A DNA stretch of 64,000 nucleotides from an uncultured virus (IMG/VR IMGVR_UViG_3300011906_000001) (Duplodnaviria; Heunggongvirae; Uroviricota; Caudoviricetes), in the IMG/VR virus record IMGVR_UViG_3300011906_000001, positions 62,001-126,000 of that record; one strand, given 5' to 3'. Of this stretch, positions 9,476 to 22,263 are shown in pieces; within the stretch, counting starts at the first letter, position 1; each line of letters starts with the position of its first letter. The notes under the pieces were generated by a model that saw nothing but the letters and a program-made list of their open reading frames with translations, was not told where the DNA came from and made no database searches. The position numbers were made by a program, and so were the translations under genes.

Positions 9476-10588
9476 CGAGGTCTTCAAGTGAGTGCGTAGC
9501 TCACCCCGTGCACTTAAGCACTGCTCCAGGCTTTCCCTGGACGTCGAGACTATATCTTCTTCCTCGACATTTCGTCGATAGGAAGGTTCCCATTTCGGAT
9601 CACTTGATCCTACACTGTGATAAACAGTTAGTCGTTGAACGTTCTTCCTAGCTTGCTTCCCAGCAATCTTTAGAAGCTTCGCTGCTGATTACCCATTGTA
9701 CATCCTCACAGTTTTCAAACCATTGCCGTTTATGCTTTCGCATTCCGTTTTGGTTGTGAGGCTTTAGGATGTCCCAGCAATTAGAGAACATTCACTCGGT
9801 CATTACTGATCGAGCGGACCTGGCGAAACTTGTTAAATAGCCAATCTGTACATTTCCAGGATAAACTTTTTCCACAGGCTCTTTCAATCGATTGCTTAAA
9901 GTGGCGGGCGATACACCCAACATTGTGCTGGCTTCTATCTGTTTTCCGAAAACGAGGAATTTACTCTCGTCTCTAAAATAAACAGCTATTGCTTCATCCA
10001 GCTCTGGCCAATTACGGACATCCTTTCCGATGGCGTACTGATATCCACTTCTACACAGTCTAGTCTGACAGCGCCTGGCTCTCCAAGCGATGGCATCTTT
10101 TGACAAATTAAGGAACTTACCACATTCAAGAAAACTAGGGAACGATTTTACATTACCTTCGATATCCCTAATACTAACTGGAACACACTTAGTGGTTAAG
10201 TTAAATTCACCGGCGTGTTCCGAATTCTCTTTATATGTGACCCACTCAAAATTACTAAGGTGGTTGTTTTCCTTAATACCATCTTTGTGGTTAACGATAA
10301 GACTATCCAAATCACGATTTTGAGGATCGGGTAGGAATGCTAGCGCAATGGCTCTATGCAGACCCAGTCCTTGTCTTTTACCGTTATCCCGAATGAGCGT
10401 ATAGTTCAAATAACCCCTACCATTTTTAGAGGCTCTAAGAACGCGTTCTGTGGACTTACTAATAACTACTCCATCTATATTTACTAAATAGCTGGAGTAT
10501 CCTGGTATTGTAACAAACCCTATTAAATTTTCCACGCCAATATATCCTTGAGAGCTTCTCAATATAATAAGCGTGTAAGTTTCAATTG
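9476..10588 (-). mobile_element. group I self-splicing intron (IA-like) encoding an HNH endonuclease
   Basis: Minus-strand core elements AAUUGCUGGG (P, 9782-9773), AAUCAGCAG (Q, 9690-9682), GUUCAACGACUA (R, 9640-9629), AAGAUAUAGUC (S, 9558-9548); 5' exon ends in U, intron ends in G; splicing restores in-frame STDD|PKRINF. Confidence 0.9.
9792..10562 (-). CDS. intron-encoded HNH homing endonuclease (NUMOD4/HNH_3 type)
   Basis: IPGYSSYLVNIDG.V (NUMOD4-like); LHRAIALAF...VNHKDGIKENNHLSNFEWVTYKENSEHA (HNH); C-terminal HTH-like repeats. Confidence 0.9.
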   Translation of the reverse strand: MRSSQGYIGVENLIGFVTIPGYSSYLVNIDGVVISKSTERVLRASKNGRGYLNYTLIRDNGKRQGLGLHRAIALAFLPDPQNRDLDSLIVNHKDGIKENNHLSNFEWVTYKENSEHAGEFNLTTKCVPVSIRDIEGNVKSFPSFLECGKFLNLSKDAIAWRARRCQTRLCRSGYQYAIGKDVRNWPELDEAIAVYFRDESKFLVFGKQIEASTMLGVSPATLSNRLKEPVEKVYPGNVQIGYLTSFARSARSVMTE

Positions 10589-13500
10589 ATCATCAGTTGA
10601 AGAACAGGGTGCTAACAATGCACTTGATGAAAACAGCTTTGAGGGAGGATCGATCTTAGGGTCGAAGGGTCGTGTGTTCCCTCTTAAGTTAGTGAAGTTG
10701 GCATCAGGCGTCAGATACGCCACCACCCCCACATCCCCTGAGTCAACGGTTGACTCAGACACCGTTCCTTGATCGTTTTCATGGTAGATCCGAGTGCGTT
10801 CCACCATGGACTTACCTGAACGCCCCCCATCTCCCCGGTAGGTCATGGCTTCTTGTTCACGCAGGTTCGCAATGGGGTTAGCTTCTTCTACCAACGTGAC
10901 CGACGGATCTTGAACAATCCGCTGCCAGACTTCATGAGGCTTAAGCTCAACGGCTTGATCGCCTGAAGCCCCTCGGTTATTAAACGCTTTAACCGAACGC
11001 GTCAATTCACCGTAGACCACTCCAGCAAAGCGCTCGTAGCCTCTGTACCGCATAAAGGCTGGATCGACTTCACTTGGCGAATAGTCATCCATTAACAGCT
11101 CACAGGCTCTGACCACCAATGGACCAAAGGTGGTAGGCTCTCCCATCTCCTCCAGCATCCCAAGCGTAATGGGATCTACCCACGCTTGGAACAAGGTATC
11201 GATTTCCCTTAGGTACCTGACCCCCAATTCCGCCTCTTCCAAGATTCTGAAATAGACATCCTTCTTATCAAAATCCCACACCGAGAACCTTTTGAGTGTT
11301 CGGTGATACAGGTTCAAGCCTGACAGGATTAAGGTGGCCCTGTAATCCAACTTTGAAAAGACCCGAACCTCATCTTGGAAGACTAAGGTGTAATCATCAG
11401 GACCTACATTGAGTCGTTCGCCGCGTTGATGACGACTGACTTCAGCACCTAAGGATTCAATCAGTTTCGACAACCCAAACTGATAGGCGAGCACAAACCC
11501 CACCGGAAGGGTTTTATTTGAAACGCTCATGTAAGCAGCTTCAACAGGTGCTTTAGAGGTGTCGATATCAAGGATGTCGGTTAAGGTCCCTAACACCTCC
11601 ATCCCTTGTTCATCCCCTTGATCTTCCAAATAGAAGGTGTTGTTGTAATCAACCAACATCACTTTCCCATTGGCATGCAGTCCTACTGGAACAAAGCCTT
11701 CACTGAATGGGGATTCATCCACCACACGGTTATTGGCTTTAAGAAACTCAAAGCGATCCGGGTAGTTTAAGTAGAAGGTGATATCGCCTGCTTTGAACTG
11801 CTTAAACCGATTCGCCAGTAGGGTGTAGATTCTGGGGAGTTTAAACTCAGAACTTAACCCATTGGTGTAACGAAGGTCGGTGATCGACTGATCGTCTTTA
11901 TCCAGTCCCCTCGCTGTAATCAGTCGGATCAACCATTTGTCATAGTCGTTAATAACACGTTCTGAACGAACGACAAAGGTTTTGTTGTAGTAGCTGGTCA
12001 ACGCCACGCGGGATGGAGCCACTTTACGCAAGGGCACGTCTCCCCTTTGGAGCCGCATACGCTGCTTGGTGCCGTTACTGACAAACCGTCCATCACGATC
12101 CACCACAGGCAGCCTGAAACGAACCGTTGACTGGCGTCCTCTCAGTGGCCTGATGGTCACTGTGTGGATTTGGTAATGATTCATCTCATCTTCAACCGTT
12201 TCCACCTCATAGCCTGTGATTGACACCCCTTGTTGCTGAACAGCCATGACGGCATTTAGGATGTCTTTTTTCATCAAGACTTGCGTGTACTTTTGTTGCA
12301 TGGATTTAAGCTTGCTTTTAAGCATGCTCTTATCCACGATGGTGTCGGTATCAGGAAAGGCTTCTTCCTCTGGAAGTTCAAAATCCTCAGCGCTATAAGC
12401 CATCGCCTCAGCGATTGTTTTACCTGAACCAAACGGATCAGGAAGCTTTTGATACGTCTGGGAATCCTCGATGGCCCGTCGGTAGGAGGCTGGCGAGATA
12501 AGTCCCACCTCGCTCAGCTCCCAAGCCCGTTCCACAACCGCTTGCGTCAGACGGTTGGTTTGCGCTTTAACTGGCTCTTGAAGATAAGCGTCTTCTAACA
12601 CCTCTTCATCCACCAAAGCGACAGGTTCTGAATCTTCATCATCCAACTCAAGGGTGTTATCGACAGACGTAGGCACCATAGGGGCTTCAATGTCCATGGA
12701 TAAGTCAAGCTCAGGCAAGAGACTATCAGCATCTGGCTGATTGTCTTGAACCACCCCTTCCTCGTCAGCATCTGAGGTTGGATCGATCACGTCTGTTTCA
12801 GAATCAGATTGAACTGGAGCGGTCTGCTCAATCGCCTCCTCAGGATCATGGATATTGAGAACGGCTTCATTGTTCTCATCGGTCTCCAATGCAATGACAT
12901 TGGCATTGAAGTCGAGCAATCCTTGCATGAGGACCATGAACTTACGTTGCATGGCGCGGGGTGCAAGGCCTACATCTTTTTCAAGGGTGGGGTCTTTACG
13001 CCATTGGTTGAGTTTACCCAGATTAATCACGGCAAAATGAGTACGGGTTCTTAAGATGAAGTTGATCTTATCAAAGGCTTCAACCGGGATTGCACTCATC
13101 AAGCTGTTAGCGCGATCCTCACCCAACCAAGTGAATAGATCGAACAGGTTCAGCAAGCTTTGGGTGTGAAACTTCTTAAGGTTCTGTTGAGTGGGGCCAT
13201 TGGCCATTAAGTTAAAGTCACTGAACTTAGGCAGGGTTGCAGGCAACTCCAGTTCAATGAATTGATTCCACCCAAATCGCTCATGGATTGAACTGACCGA
13301 ATTCCAAAATGTTTGGGTGTTATTCTTCCACCTGAAAAACCCAGCTTTATAAGAGGCGATGTAACGATAAAGCGGATTAAGCAGGTTGTAGTTAACAATC
13401 AACACATTCAACGGATTGATGGTTAATGCCTTATCTTGACGCAGGGGTCTGAATTGACGGTTCTTGCGTCTGAATTCATTTTCCATGATCAAAGGATTTA

Positions 13501-13774
13501 AAGGCGTTCTCCGAGGAGGACCTTCTGAGCCAATCAGCTTAGTCACATGCTCAACAAAGAGCCTTGGACTTCCATCGTTCAAGATTGCCCGGATAACAGG
13601 ATCAGCAGGGGAAGGCCCTACTACAGCGCCTGAATCTTGAAAGAAATGATAGATCGATTCCCGAGGCAGGTTAAGCCTTAGGTTTGGAATCAGTCTTGGG
13701 CGTGTCAACTTATCAACGGTCATTAACCCGTTTTTAAGGTAATACTGTTTTTCTTTAAGGCGTGCCATTGCCAC
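10589..13774 (-). CDS. rpoB: virion RNA polymerase beta subunit, exon 1 (phiKZ gp178-like)
   Basis: About 1060 aa with RIYH..QGTVSESTVDSGDVG beta-like motif; ends ...STDD at the 5' splice site. Confidence 0.85.
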
Positions 13775-13781
13775 GTGTCCT

Positions 13782-15449
13782 TTAGGAAGTTGGATTGCCT
13801 GTGATAAACCGCAAGGTTAGATCGAGGGTGTCGATTGCCACGCTTGCGGACAGGCCTCCTGTCGCTTGAATATAAGCTGAGCGAGAACCGAAGAACTTGT
13901 CGGTCTCCTCGATTGCATCATCCGAATAAACGGCCAGATAAGAAATGGTGTCTCCATCGAAGTCAGCACCCAGTCCACCAAGCCTCGCTGAAGAGACTGA
14001 GGTTGAATCATGGAACTGGGCAATCTTGCCTAATTGGAAGATGGGGTATTCTAGAGCCAATCGTCCTGTCCGTTCCCAGTCATAACCGAGTTCATGACGA
14101 AGCTCCGCCTTAACGGTGGTTCTGACATACTGCTTACTGGGATAGGAAGAGTTCAAGTTCTCGATGGGGTAACGGGTTACAAAGGCCGATACCTTGTTCC
14201 ATACGTCCAAATTGGTGAGGTAGATCAACTCACACCAGGTAATGGGTCTAACGCGCTTTGCATCAAGTTCTGGAGGAAGCTCTTGAATATCGCGTAGGAT
14301 TTTAAAGTTCTCTTTATCATCCAGATAAATCAAGGCAAGATAATGATTAGCCACCTCAACCGCTTGAGTGCGCCTCTCAATTTCAGAGATGGTATCGACC
14401 ACCTGTTCAAGCCCTTGGTCCGTGGCCCAAACATCCATCTCCTCGTTGCTGATGTCTACCCATTCAAGTTCTAAGCTTTCTTTATTGACAAGCCTGACGC
14501 GGTTAGAACCGGTATCGAAGATATCACTGATGAGCGATTGCTTTAACCCGTAGATGACTTTAGGCTTAATGGCCACACTGGCCTGATAAAGGCCAACTAC
14601 CGTTGAGTTAAACCCAGGCCGGTTCGGTGCATCTAAATCAGCGGTTGAGGTATCGAGCGATGAGATGACATTTCGAGTGCCATTAAAGACGCGGCGAGAG
14701 GCCCAGCGACTTTGAATAAAACCGCCTTTACCACTGAGCAGGTTCTCGATGTGGTCATAAATCCCTGAGAACTTCATCATGATCCCGTAACGGGTTCTGT
14801 CGTAGATCGACAGGTCCTCCTTAGGGTTGATATGTTCAGGGTAGTTACGCGTTAAGATCAAGACGCCTTGATAGAACTCATTGATCTCATCCATGCTCAT
14901 GCGCCCATCAGCATCGATCTCAGCATCGCGAAGCCCGGCTGGCATCACCATCAGATGCTTAACAAGCGCTTGGGATTTGTATTTGTTTAGCAGATCAATG
15001 CGTAGATTTCGAATATGAGAGTTGTTTTTCTCAAATTCAATCTGATCCCAATAGTGCATGAAGTACGAAAGGCCGGTTTTGCCTTCTAACTCATTGCTTT
15101 TATCAAATTCTTTTGTCGTGTCATTCCACACCACAAACGTACGCCCTGCCATGATATCTCCATAAAACCCTTTAAGCTTAATAAGGGTTCTTAGAATGAC
15201 AGGATGAAAGACAGGTACCCTAAGGTCAATATAACCAAAGGTCTTATCACGAAAAGGATCACCCACACGTCCAAAAATTCGGGTTGAGAATAAGCCGTCT
15301 TCATGAAAGTTGCCTCCAGGTCCGTCTGTGGTGTCAAGTGAGGTGACCTCTTGCAGGAATTTAAGTTCGAGATCAGAAGGTGAATAAAGCCCTAAGTTAA
15401 AAGGTTGCATCACCTTTTTATTAGGTGTCATAGGAGGCAATGCCATCAA
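13782..15449 (-). CDS. rpoC: virion RNA polymerase beta' subunit, catalytic part (phiKZ gp180-like)
   Basis: GLFSTRIFG, RYP and GADFDGD (DFDGD Mg-binding) motifs. Confidence 0.9.
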   Translation of the reverse strand: MMALPPMTPNKKVMQPFNLGLYSPSDLELKFLQEVTSLDTTDGPGGNFHEDGLFSTRIFGRVGDPFRDKTFGYIDLRVPVFHPVILRTLIKLKGFYGDIMAGRTFVVWNDTTKEFDKSNELEGKTGLSYFMHYWDQIEFEKNNSHIRNLRIDLLNKYKSQALVKHLMVMPAGLRDAEIDADGRMSMDEINEFYQGVLILTRNYPEHINPKEDLSIYDRTRYGIMMKFSGIYDHIENLLSGKGGFIQSRWASRRVFNGTRNVISSLDTSTADLDAPNRPGFNSTVVGLYQASVAIKPKVIYGLKQSLISDIFDTGSNRVRLVNKESLELEWVDISNEEMDVWATDQGLEQVVDTISEIERRTQAVEVANHYLALIYLDDKENFKILRDIQELPPELDAKRVRPITWCELIYLTNLDVWNKVSAFVTRYPIENLNSSYPSKQYVRTTVKAELRHELGYDWERTGRLALEYPIFQLGKIAQFHDSTSVSSARLGGLGADFDGDTISYLAVYSDDAIEETDKFFGSRSAYIQATGGLSASVAIDTLDLTLRFITGNPTS

Positions 15450-15473
15450 GTCATCCTCTGGTTAACGATATGA

Positions 15474-18400
15474 ATGAGTTCACACAACGCCGACGCTGGA
15501 GTACGCGCCATGGCTAATGATAATTTGTCGTCAGATCCCCTGCATTTAGAGCCGTTGGATCTGAATAACCTAGATGATTTTCTAGGGGATTCGAATCAAG
15601 AAAAAGAAGGCGTCGTTAAACGCTTTACCACAGGCTTCAAGCGAGGCTTTTTACAGCAAACCAAAATCAAGACGATTACCCGAAGCTTTCTACGAACCGC
15701 ATTGCCCGATGGGTACAGTCGGGGGATCGGGGTGTTGGATGACACCCAACAAACCTTGAAGTCGATTGGGTATGACCTTGAGTCTAGCCATTATAATGAA
15801 CTGGATACCATTTTAAGTTCTGTTCAAGAACAGCTTCCAAGGCTTAAGACCCGAACCTCCTCCAAGCTATATGAAAAGCTTGAGAAATCCCTGAAGGAAC
15901 GGCGGGAGGCTTATGCGTTTTCTCGTGAAATGAATCGAGACCGCGAACAGGTTCAGAAAGAACGGCAAACCGCTCAAGATGAGGCCTTAATCAGAGAAGC
16001 CTTAGATGGCTCTGACAGCTTAGCCGTTGAATTGGCAGTAGCGCGTGAGGAAGCTGAAACTGAACGCTTCATGCATGATAATGAAATGCAAGGGCTTCGG
16101 GATCGGGTGAGCAAGGATCGCTTTGATGTGATGAGTCGAGCGCTGAGCTCGATTGTCGTCAGTCAACAAAAGCAAGTGGCCTTCCAAGACCAGATCACCT
16201 ACCGCTATCAGCGCAAGGGGCTTGAGCTCCAATTCAGATCCTTCATGGCCTTGCGCGATATTCGCAAGATGGCCGAGGTTCAGCTTAAGCTGCATAAAGA
16301 CGCCTACACCGCGTTGGTGACTAACACGGGCCTTCCTGATCACCTTAAAAGCACCAAAGCTGAAAGAGCCCGTTTTAATGGAACAGGACGAGCAGGACAA
16401 CGAGGCTCAAACAGGGTCTATTCCAGTCTGCCTATGTTGCTTGCAGGCTTTGCACCGTCGATGGCTGAAAACGCCAAAGGGCTTGCTGGAGGCGCCATCA
16501 GTCAACTCGCTGAACTCCTAGGAGAAGGCGAGGGCATGGGGAGTCTTCTTTATCAGCAGTTTCAAAATGATAAAGCTGGTTTTACAGGCGACATGGCGGG
16601 TCGTGCATCTTCTTTAGCGATGCAGCGACTGCTCATCCCAATGCTGGCAAGGCGAACCCGTCCTGAGTTGACGCGACTGTCAGATAAGCATTTGCAAGGG
16701 CGACACAATCAACTGTCGTACCTATTTGACAATGCCCCATCTGTCTTGCAAGACTATGCCAATGACCACACGAAAAGTGAAGGGTTAAGTGGTATGCTTC
16801 AATCGGCCATTCGGGCGATAGTTCCTCAGTTCGCGCTCAATGATCGCGTAACAACCGGGAACTATCAAACGATTGGGAATCAAGTGGCTTTTAACCAACT
16901 GACCCAACGCTCAATCGTTGAAGTGATCCCAGGGTATCTGGCCCGGATTCTTCATGAAACCCGAATGCTGAGAACAGGGTCTGATTCGGTCGACATGGAA
17001 GTCTATGACGTCACGCGGGGTGAGTTTACCACAAGGGCGACTGCACAGACCAGGCTTCAGAGTCGTATCGTTAAAGGACGTGATTCTAAGAACGTCAGTT
17101 GGGCTATTAATGAAGCCTTAAACACGTACGATGAAGAAGGTCAATTATCACCTGAAGCCCGTCATGCATTGGCTGAGCGGTTGTTACGCGATGCTTCCAC
17201 CAATAAGCGCTTTAGTGCAGAAGCCTATGCCTCAACGGAAGGCTATGCCCCTGAAACCGATGATCAAGTCATCCGTGAGCTTAATCAGTTCTTTAAAGGG
17301 AAGTTCAGGCTTGATGAACAAGGCAAGCTGGTAGCCACCGCTGAGAACTTTGCCGAACAGCAGCGGTTTAGCCAATCATTCCTTGACATTCGTAACATGA
17401 CAAGTGATCCGATTAAAGAGATTAATCGATTGCTTGAAACTGGAAACATCGGAGCCCTTCGAGAGATTGGAATCGTTGTGACAGTTGAAGGTGTTGACCA
17501 GATCAACTATAACCGCCTGTGGGAGTTGTATCGTCAAGGGGTGACGGATACCAATCCTAATCCTGGTAATCCGTTAGGGGATGCGGGTGGACCTGATACC
17601 GGTAATGGTGGAGGGTCTGGAGAAGGATCTGGTGGAGGTGCGCTGAATGGTCTGAGGGCTCAGTTTAATCGAGCTCGTACACTGCTTCAAGATCAAGTGG
17701 CTCAAGCCAGCGGGCGTTTGCCTGGAGGGTTTGCAGGGCCTTTGGGACTGCCTTCTCCATTGCCTCGTCCTGATGAAGCCATTTGGCAACAACGGGCTCA
17801 GGATGTTGCAAACAGGCTTCAGAACAAAGTGATGCCACAGGTTAATCAGGTGATCGATGTATTGGTTGAGGGTACTGATAAAGTGGCCTTTACCGCTCAA
17901 GAGATCACTGAAGGTCGGTTGATTGATGTCTCGACTCAAAAAGTTATTGAATCGATTACTGATATCACAGGGCCTGTCATTGATGAAGAGGGGAAATTAA
18001 GGCTCACCCGAACTGATATCCAAAAAGGCTTAACTGATTCCATTGGGCAGAAGTTAACATTGCCCTTGGCATTGGCCTCCTTTGGATTGCCTTCTATTCG
18101 AGGCATGATCACAGGGATTCGTAATCGACTGACCCGAAGCCAAACCGATGAAGACGGTTACCTTAATCGGATTAAGGATGTTTACATTGAACATGCTAAG
18201 GAACCTGTGTTGCTCGCCCGCGATATGGTCAAAGGTAAATACCTTGATCTTAACTCACAAAAGGTGATTGAAAGCGTTGATGACATCACAGGAGCGGTAG
18301 CCGATAGTTCGACGCAAGAGATTCTGGTGACAGAGGAGGAAGTCCGGCAGGGTCTGTTTGATATGAATGGCTTTAAGTTAAGGTTGCCTAAAGCCATTCG

Positions 18401-21400
18401 GGCCTTGATGAACATTGGTTGGTTTGCCAGTCGGCCTTTGTTGTTAGCCGCACGTACCGGATTGTGGGCAGGGCGCAAGATCTTGAGTATGACGCTTAAC
18501 CGTTTCACGACTCGGGATGCCTACCTACCTGGCGTTAAAGAACCCGTGCTCTCAGCACGTAAGCTTAAGCGAGGAGAATATTTTGATGGGGAAGGCAGTC
18601 CCCTGTCAAGCTTTGATGACCTTCGTAATGGTGTCTTTGATGAACAAGGTGAGGTGATTGTTTCAGAAGAAGACGTTCCAAAGCTGGTTAACCGAGATGG
18701 CAGTAAGCACACCGCTGCTAAACGCCGCTCAGTCATTCGTCGGCTGGGTAAACAAGCCCTTAAATGGGCAGGGCGTAAATACTGGGGGGCTACTAAGAGG
18801 TATTACAACTGGCTTGGTGACTCGATGGACAAGCCGTTTAATACCAAGATCAATCCTGAAACAGGTGAGCGGGAGGAGGTAGTCGATCCGTCCAAGCTTA
18901 ACACCCCAACCGATTCGCTTCTGGGTAAGATCCTCACCACGCTCAATAACCGGTTGCCCTCTGAAGGACCTCGTAAAGGCTCATGGCAAGATCAGTTGGC
19001 TCAAGAGGAAGCGGCAGACGCTGCCCAATCTGAAGCCGATAAGGAAAAGCGGGCTAATCGTCGTGACCGGGGTAATGGCATGATGGCGGGGCTGATGAGT
19101 TTCCTTAGAGGGGAAAAGGGACGAGAGGAGGAAAGCGAAGAGGATGATGGTGGTGGGGATATCTACATCGATAATAACGGTGAAGAGAGAACCCGCAGAC
19201 CTAGACCTGATCGGCCAGATCGTCCTAAAGGCCGTTTCGGGCGAATGATGGATCGCGTTAAAGCCTCGCGCACTGGTAGGGTGTTAGGAGGTTTGGGGCG
19301 TGGAGCTGCATGGCTGGGACGTGGGGCACTCGCGCTTGGAACTGGTGGACTCATTGGGGCCTCAGGGGTGGCTACAGCGGCCTCGGCTGTTGGAAGTGGT
19401 CTCTTAGCGGCTGGGGGGATTCTCGCCAGCGTGGTCACCTCTCCAGTTACCCTAGGAGCAGCAGCGGTTGGCTTGGCAGGTTATGGGGCTTACAAGCTCT
19501 ATACCCGTAACCGAGACACGTCAGGCGATTTCAGGGAACTGAGATTGCTTCAATACGGTATTGACAGTACAGGTCTTGGCCTTAAAGTCTTGAGTATTGA
19601 ATCGGTGCTTGAAACCGTCACCCTTAAAGCCAAAGAACCGGATTGGAGTTTCAATAAAGAGATTGCCGATAAGGTCTTGGATATCATGGGACTTGATAAA
19701 GAGGACCATGAGGAGGTCTTAAGGCTAGGTAAATGGTTGGACCACCGCTTCAAGCCTGTGTTCTTCTCCTATATCAGTGCGATGCATCAGTTGGGACAAG
19801 ATTCAGTTCCCATTAATGAGATCGATGATAAAGTCTCAGACGATCTTAAATTCTCATTGCTTGAGTTAAGCAAACTTCCCTTTGGGACGGAAGGACCCTA
19901 TGGCGTAGTGGAATCCCCAGATGGGGATGAAGATCCGCTTGAGGTCACACCTTCTGAGATTAAGGAGAAATATGAGGAACTTAAAGCTAAATACAAGGAG
20001 TTGGCTAAGAGTGAAGAAGGACGTGTAACCACCCCTGGAGAAGGGACTGTTCCATCAACTGCCGCTAAAGCAACTGCCGCAGGTGTAGCCACTGCGGTAA
20101 CGGGTGCTAAGGTTATCCCCATTACCCAGCAAGCGCGTGATACCGTTAATGCGCAACCCCGTACAGGGACAACAGGTGGGAATCAGGCAGGTTATGTCGG
20201 TGCGATGGTCGTCGCCTTTGCCAAGTTTGATGCCGATGCTGTGAGTTCTCTTCAAGCGATTAGGCTTCGTGCCTATGGCCTTGGAGTCATTGATAAGGCT
20301 ACGGCAAGGGCATTACTTAATGCTGAATCGATCATGTATTCCATGATCAGTTTTGACAACAATGGCCAGGCGAAGTTGGCCCAAGGTACGCATTCATTGT
20401 TTGTCAAGGCAGCACCTCTGTTCGGCACCTCCATGGATGAGGAGATGACCACGGCTAAAATGCGCTTTGTCAACTGGATGCATAAGCGGTTTATGCCAGG
20501 GTTCATGGCTTTCATTACGGCGGTTAAACAGGTCAATCCGGCGCTTAATAACCTGAATGCGGTTGAGTCGCTTTCAGCGGCGGATCAACTCCATGTGGCT
20601 AAAGCCCTCATGGCAGCCGTGGCGCAGGATGGTCGACGTAATCGAAGCATCTGGGAGAGTGCGGCAATTCCTTGGGACGGTAATACATCCTTGGATGGGA
20701 TTAAGGCACTGGCTGAACAGGAACTGAAGGTTCTGGAGGAGAAGGCTAAAAAGGAAACGGTGGCAACGCCGACTCAAAGTGCCAGGGAGCAGCAAGCCAA
20801 GGCGTCCTCTAATGCCGTTACGACCGGGGCGGATGTTAATCAAAGCGCTGGCTTTTTCAGCAGGGCAACAGATGCCATCCGTAACTTTAGTGCAGGCATC
20901 AGTACAGGACTTGGCAATGCCTGGAAGGGGGTTAAAGACTTCTTTGGGTTTGGTGAGCAAGCGCCGATTAAGCCGTATGATCCGGCGACAACACCAACCT
21001 TTGGAGGACCTTTAGCGGCACAAGGGAATGTCTACCAGGGTTTTGCTAAAGGCACAGGAGGCGCCTTTGAGCAGATTCCATTGCCTGCGACCAATAAGTC
21101 AAGGGAAGCGGCCATGCCTACCCTTAAAGCCATTGAAGCGATGACAGGGGTTGATGCTGAACTGCTCGCCACGTTCTGCTCGATTGAGTCTGGGTTTAAC
21201 TACTTGATCAAAGCCCCCACTTCAAGTGCTACAGGGTGGTTCCAGTTCATCAATGCAACCTGGGATGAACAGCTTAAAAAACATGGCAGTAAATATGGAA
21301 TCCCACCCGATGATGCGCAACGCAGCCTAAGGCGAGATCCGCGCATTAATGGCTTGATGGGGGCTGAGTTCTTAAAAGGGAACTACCAATACATGATCTC

Positions 21401-22217
21401 TCGTATTGGTCGGGCACCTACTGATGTGGACCTTTATTGCGCTCACTTCTTTGGACCCGGAACCGCTGTTAAGTTCCTGAACATGGACCCCAATAGCTTT
21501 GCAGCCTTAGCCCTTCCGGCTCAAGCGCGAGCGAATACCTCGATCTTCTATAAGGCCCCAGGAGCCCCTCGCACCGTTCGTGAGGTGTATCAGTTGTTTG
21601 AAGAAAAAGTGGCTAAACACCGTAAAGGAGGTGGGCGTAACATTCTTCTTCAACAGCCGGCTAACGACGATAACTACGTGGATGTCGCTCAAGCCCAAGC
21701 CGATGCAGTCGCACAAGGGGGTACCCAAACGGATACGCCTGATCCTTCCACTCAACCGACACAAGGAGGCAATACACAACAATCTCCAGCATTGGGAACC
21801 ACCTCGTTGTCCGAGCAAGTCAGTAAGACGGTGGCAACGCCGTTGAGCATGCCGGCAACGGCTCAACCAGGGGGATCTGTCAGCAGTGGTGCAAAGCCCG
21901 CTGATGAAACCATTGACGAGCCAAGCGTGGGGGATGATGCTCAAACCACCGCAGCAAAAGCGGCGGCCAAAGCTGACAAAATGAAACAAGCCCAAGTCAA
22001 CGAGCACATGACTCAGGTGAAAACGGCAACGGACCTTCAGGCCCAGCAGTTAGCTGTTCAAGCTGAGATGCGTGATTACCTTAAGGAAATTGCGCAGAAC
22101 ATGGGTGTGACGGGCTTTGCCAGCAAACCTGCTGCCAATGCTATGGAGAAACCTTCAGCTGAGACGCCAGCACGCCGCCCTGGGCAATCCAGAGGCCCTG
22201 TGAACATGTCTCGATAA
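15474..22217 (+). CDS. large tail protein with C-terminal lytic transglycosylase (phiKZ gp181-like); start may be 15510
   Basis: 2247 aa; SLT motifs [30 protein letters not shown]; central Gly/Ala hydrophobic segment; three internal KVIES.DITG-type repeats; divergent from the beta' gene as in phiKZ. Confidence 0.85.
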   Translation: MSSHNADAGVRAMANDNLSSDPLHLEPLDLNNLDDFLGDSNQEKEGVVKRFTTGFKRGFLQQTKIKTITRSFLRTALPDGYSRGIGVLDDTQQTLKSIGYDLESSHYNELDTILSSVQEQLPRLKTRTSSKLYEKLEKSLKERREAYAFSREMNRDREQVQKERQTAQDEALIREALDGSDSLAVELAVAREEAETERFMHDNEMQGLRDRVSKDRFDVMSRALSSIVVSQQKQVAFQDQITYRYQRKGLELQFRSFMALRDIRKMAEVQLKLHKDAYTALVTNTGLPDHLKSTKAERARFNGTGRAGQRGSNRVYSSLPMLLAGFAPSMAENAKGLAGGAISQLAELLGEGEGMGSLLYQQFQNDKAGFTGDMAGRASSLAMQRLLIPMLARRTRPELTRLSDKHLQGRHNQLSYLFDNAPSVLQDYANDHTKSEGLSGMLQSAIRAIVPQFALNDRVTTGNYQTIGNQVAFNQLTQRSIVEVIPGYLARILHETRMLRTGSDSVDMEVYDVTRGEFTTRATAQTRLQSRIVKGRDSKNVSWAINEALNTYDEEGQLSPEARHALAERLLRDASTNKRFSAEAYASTEGYAPETDDQVIRELNQFFKGKFRLDEQGKLVATAENFAEQQRFSQSFLDIRNMTSDPIKEINRLLETGNIGALREIGIVVTVEGVDQINYNRLWELYRQGVTDTNPNPGNPLGDAGGPDTGNGGGSGEGSGGGALNGLRAQFNRARTLLQDQVAQASGRLPGGFAGPLGLPSPLPRPDEAIWQQRAQDVANRLQNKVMPQVNQVIDVLVEGTDKVAFTAQEITEGRLIDVSTQKVIESITDITGPVIDEEGKLRLTRTDIQKGLTDSIGQKLTLPLALASFGLPSIRGMITGIRNRLTRSQTDEDGYLNRIKDVYIEHAKEPVLLARDMVKGKYLDLNSQKVIESVDDITGAVADSSTQEILVTEEEVRQGLFDMNGFKLRLPKAIRALMNIGWFASRPLLLAARTGLWAGRKILSMTLNRFTTRDAYLPGVKEPVLSARKLKRGEYFDGEGSPLSSFDDLRNGVFDEQGEVIVSEEDVPKLVNRDGSKHTAAKRRSVIRRLGKQALKWAGRKYWGATKRYYNWLGDSMDKPFNTKINPETGEREEVVDPSKLNTPTDSLLGKILTTLNNRLPSEGPRKGSWQDQLAQEEAADAAQSEADKEKRANRRDRGNGMMAGLMSFLRGEKGREEESEEDDGGGDIYIDNNGEERTRRPRPDRPDRPKGRFGRMMDRVKASRTGRVLGGLGRGAAWLGRGALALGTGGLIGASGVATAASAVGSGLLAAGGILASVVTSPVTLGAAAVGLAGYGAYKLYTRNRDTSGDFRELRLLQYGIDSTGLGLKVLSIESVLETVTLKAKEPDWSFNKEIADKVLDIMGLDKEDHEEVLRLGKWLDHRFKPVFFSYISAMHQLGQDSVPINEIDDKVSDDLKFSLLELSKLPFGTEGPYGVVESPDGDEDPLEVTPSEIKEKYEELKAKYKELAKSEEGRVTTPGEGTVPSTAAKATAAGVATAVTGAKVIPITQQARDTVNAQPRTGTTGGNQAGYVGAMVVAFAKFDADAVSSLQAIRLRAYGLGVIDKATARALLNAESIMYSMISFDNNGQAKLAQGTHSLFVKAAPLFGTSMDEEMTTAKMRFVNWMHKRFMPGFMAFITAVKQVNPALNNLNAVESLSAADQLHVAKALMAAVAQDGRRNRSIWESAAIPWDGNTSLDGIKALAEQELKVLEEKAKKETVATPTQSAREQQAKASSNAVTTGADVNQSAGFFSRATDAIRNFSAGISTGLGNAWKGVKDFFGFGEQAPIKPYDPATTPTFGGPLAAQGNVYQGFAKGTGGAFEQIPLPATNKSREAAMPTLKAIEAMTGVDAELLATFCSIESGFNYLIKAPTSSATGWFQFINATWDEQLKKHGSKYGIPPDDAQRSLRRDPRINGLMGAEFLKGNYQYMISRIGRAPTDVDLYCAHFFGPGTAVKFLNMDPNSFAALALPAQARANTSIFYKAPGAPRTVREVYQLFEEKVAKHRKGGGRNILLQQPANDDNYVDVAQAQADAVAQGGTQTDTPDPSTQPTQGGNTQQSPALGTTSLSEQVSKTVATPLSMPATAQPGGSVSSGAKPADETIDEPSVGDDAQTTAAKAAAKADKMKQAQVNEHMTQVKTATDLQAQQLAVQAEMRDYLKEIAQNMGVTGFASKPAANAMEKPSAETPARRPGQSRGPVNMSR

Positions 22218-22225
22218 TAGGCACA

Positions 22226-22258
22226 AGGCTCCCCCGTTTTGGGGGAGCTTTTTATTTT
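22226..22258 (+). terminator. rho-independent terminator
   Basis: AGGCTCCCCC/GGGGGAGCTT stem plus T-tract directly after the stop codon. Confidence 0.8.
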
Positions 22259-22263
22259 CGTTT

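Noticed and set aside
8333..13774. Two independent RNAP genes (384 aa and 1071 aa) as in the ORF track
   Set aside because: Better explained as two exons of one gene; the TTG start at 9487 and the QLKLTRLLY tail are intron sequence.
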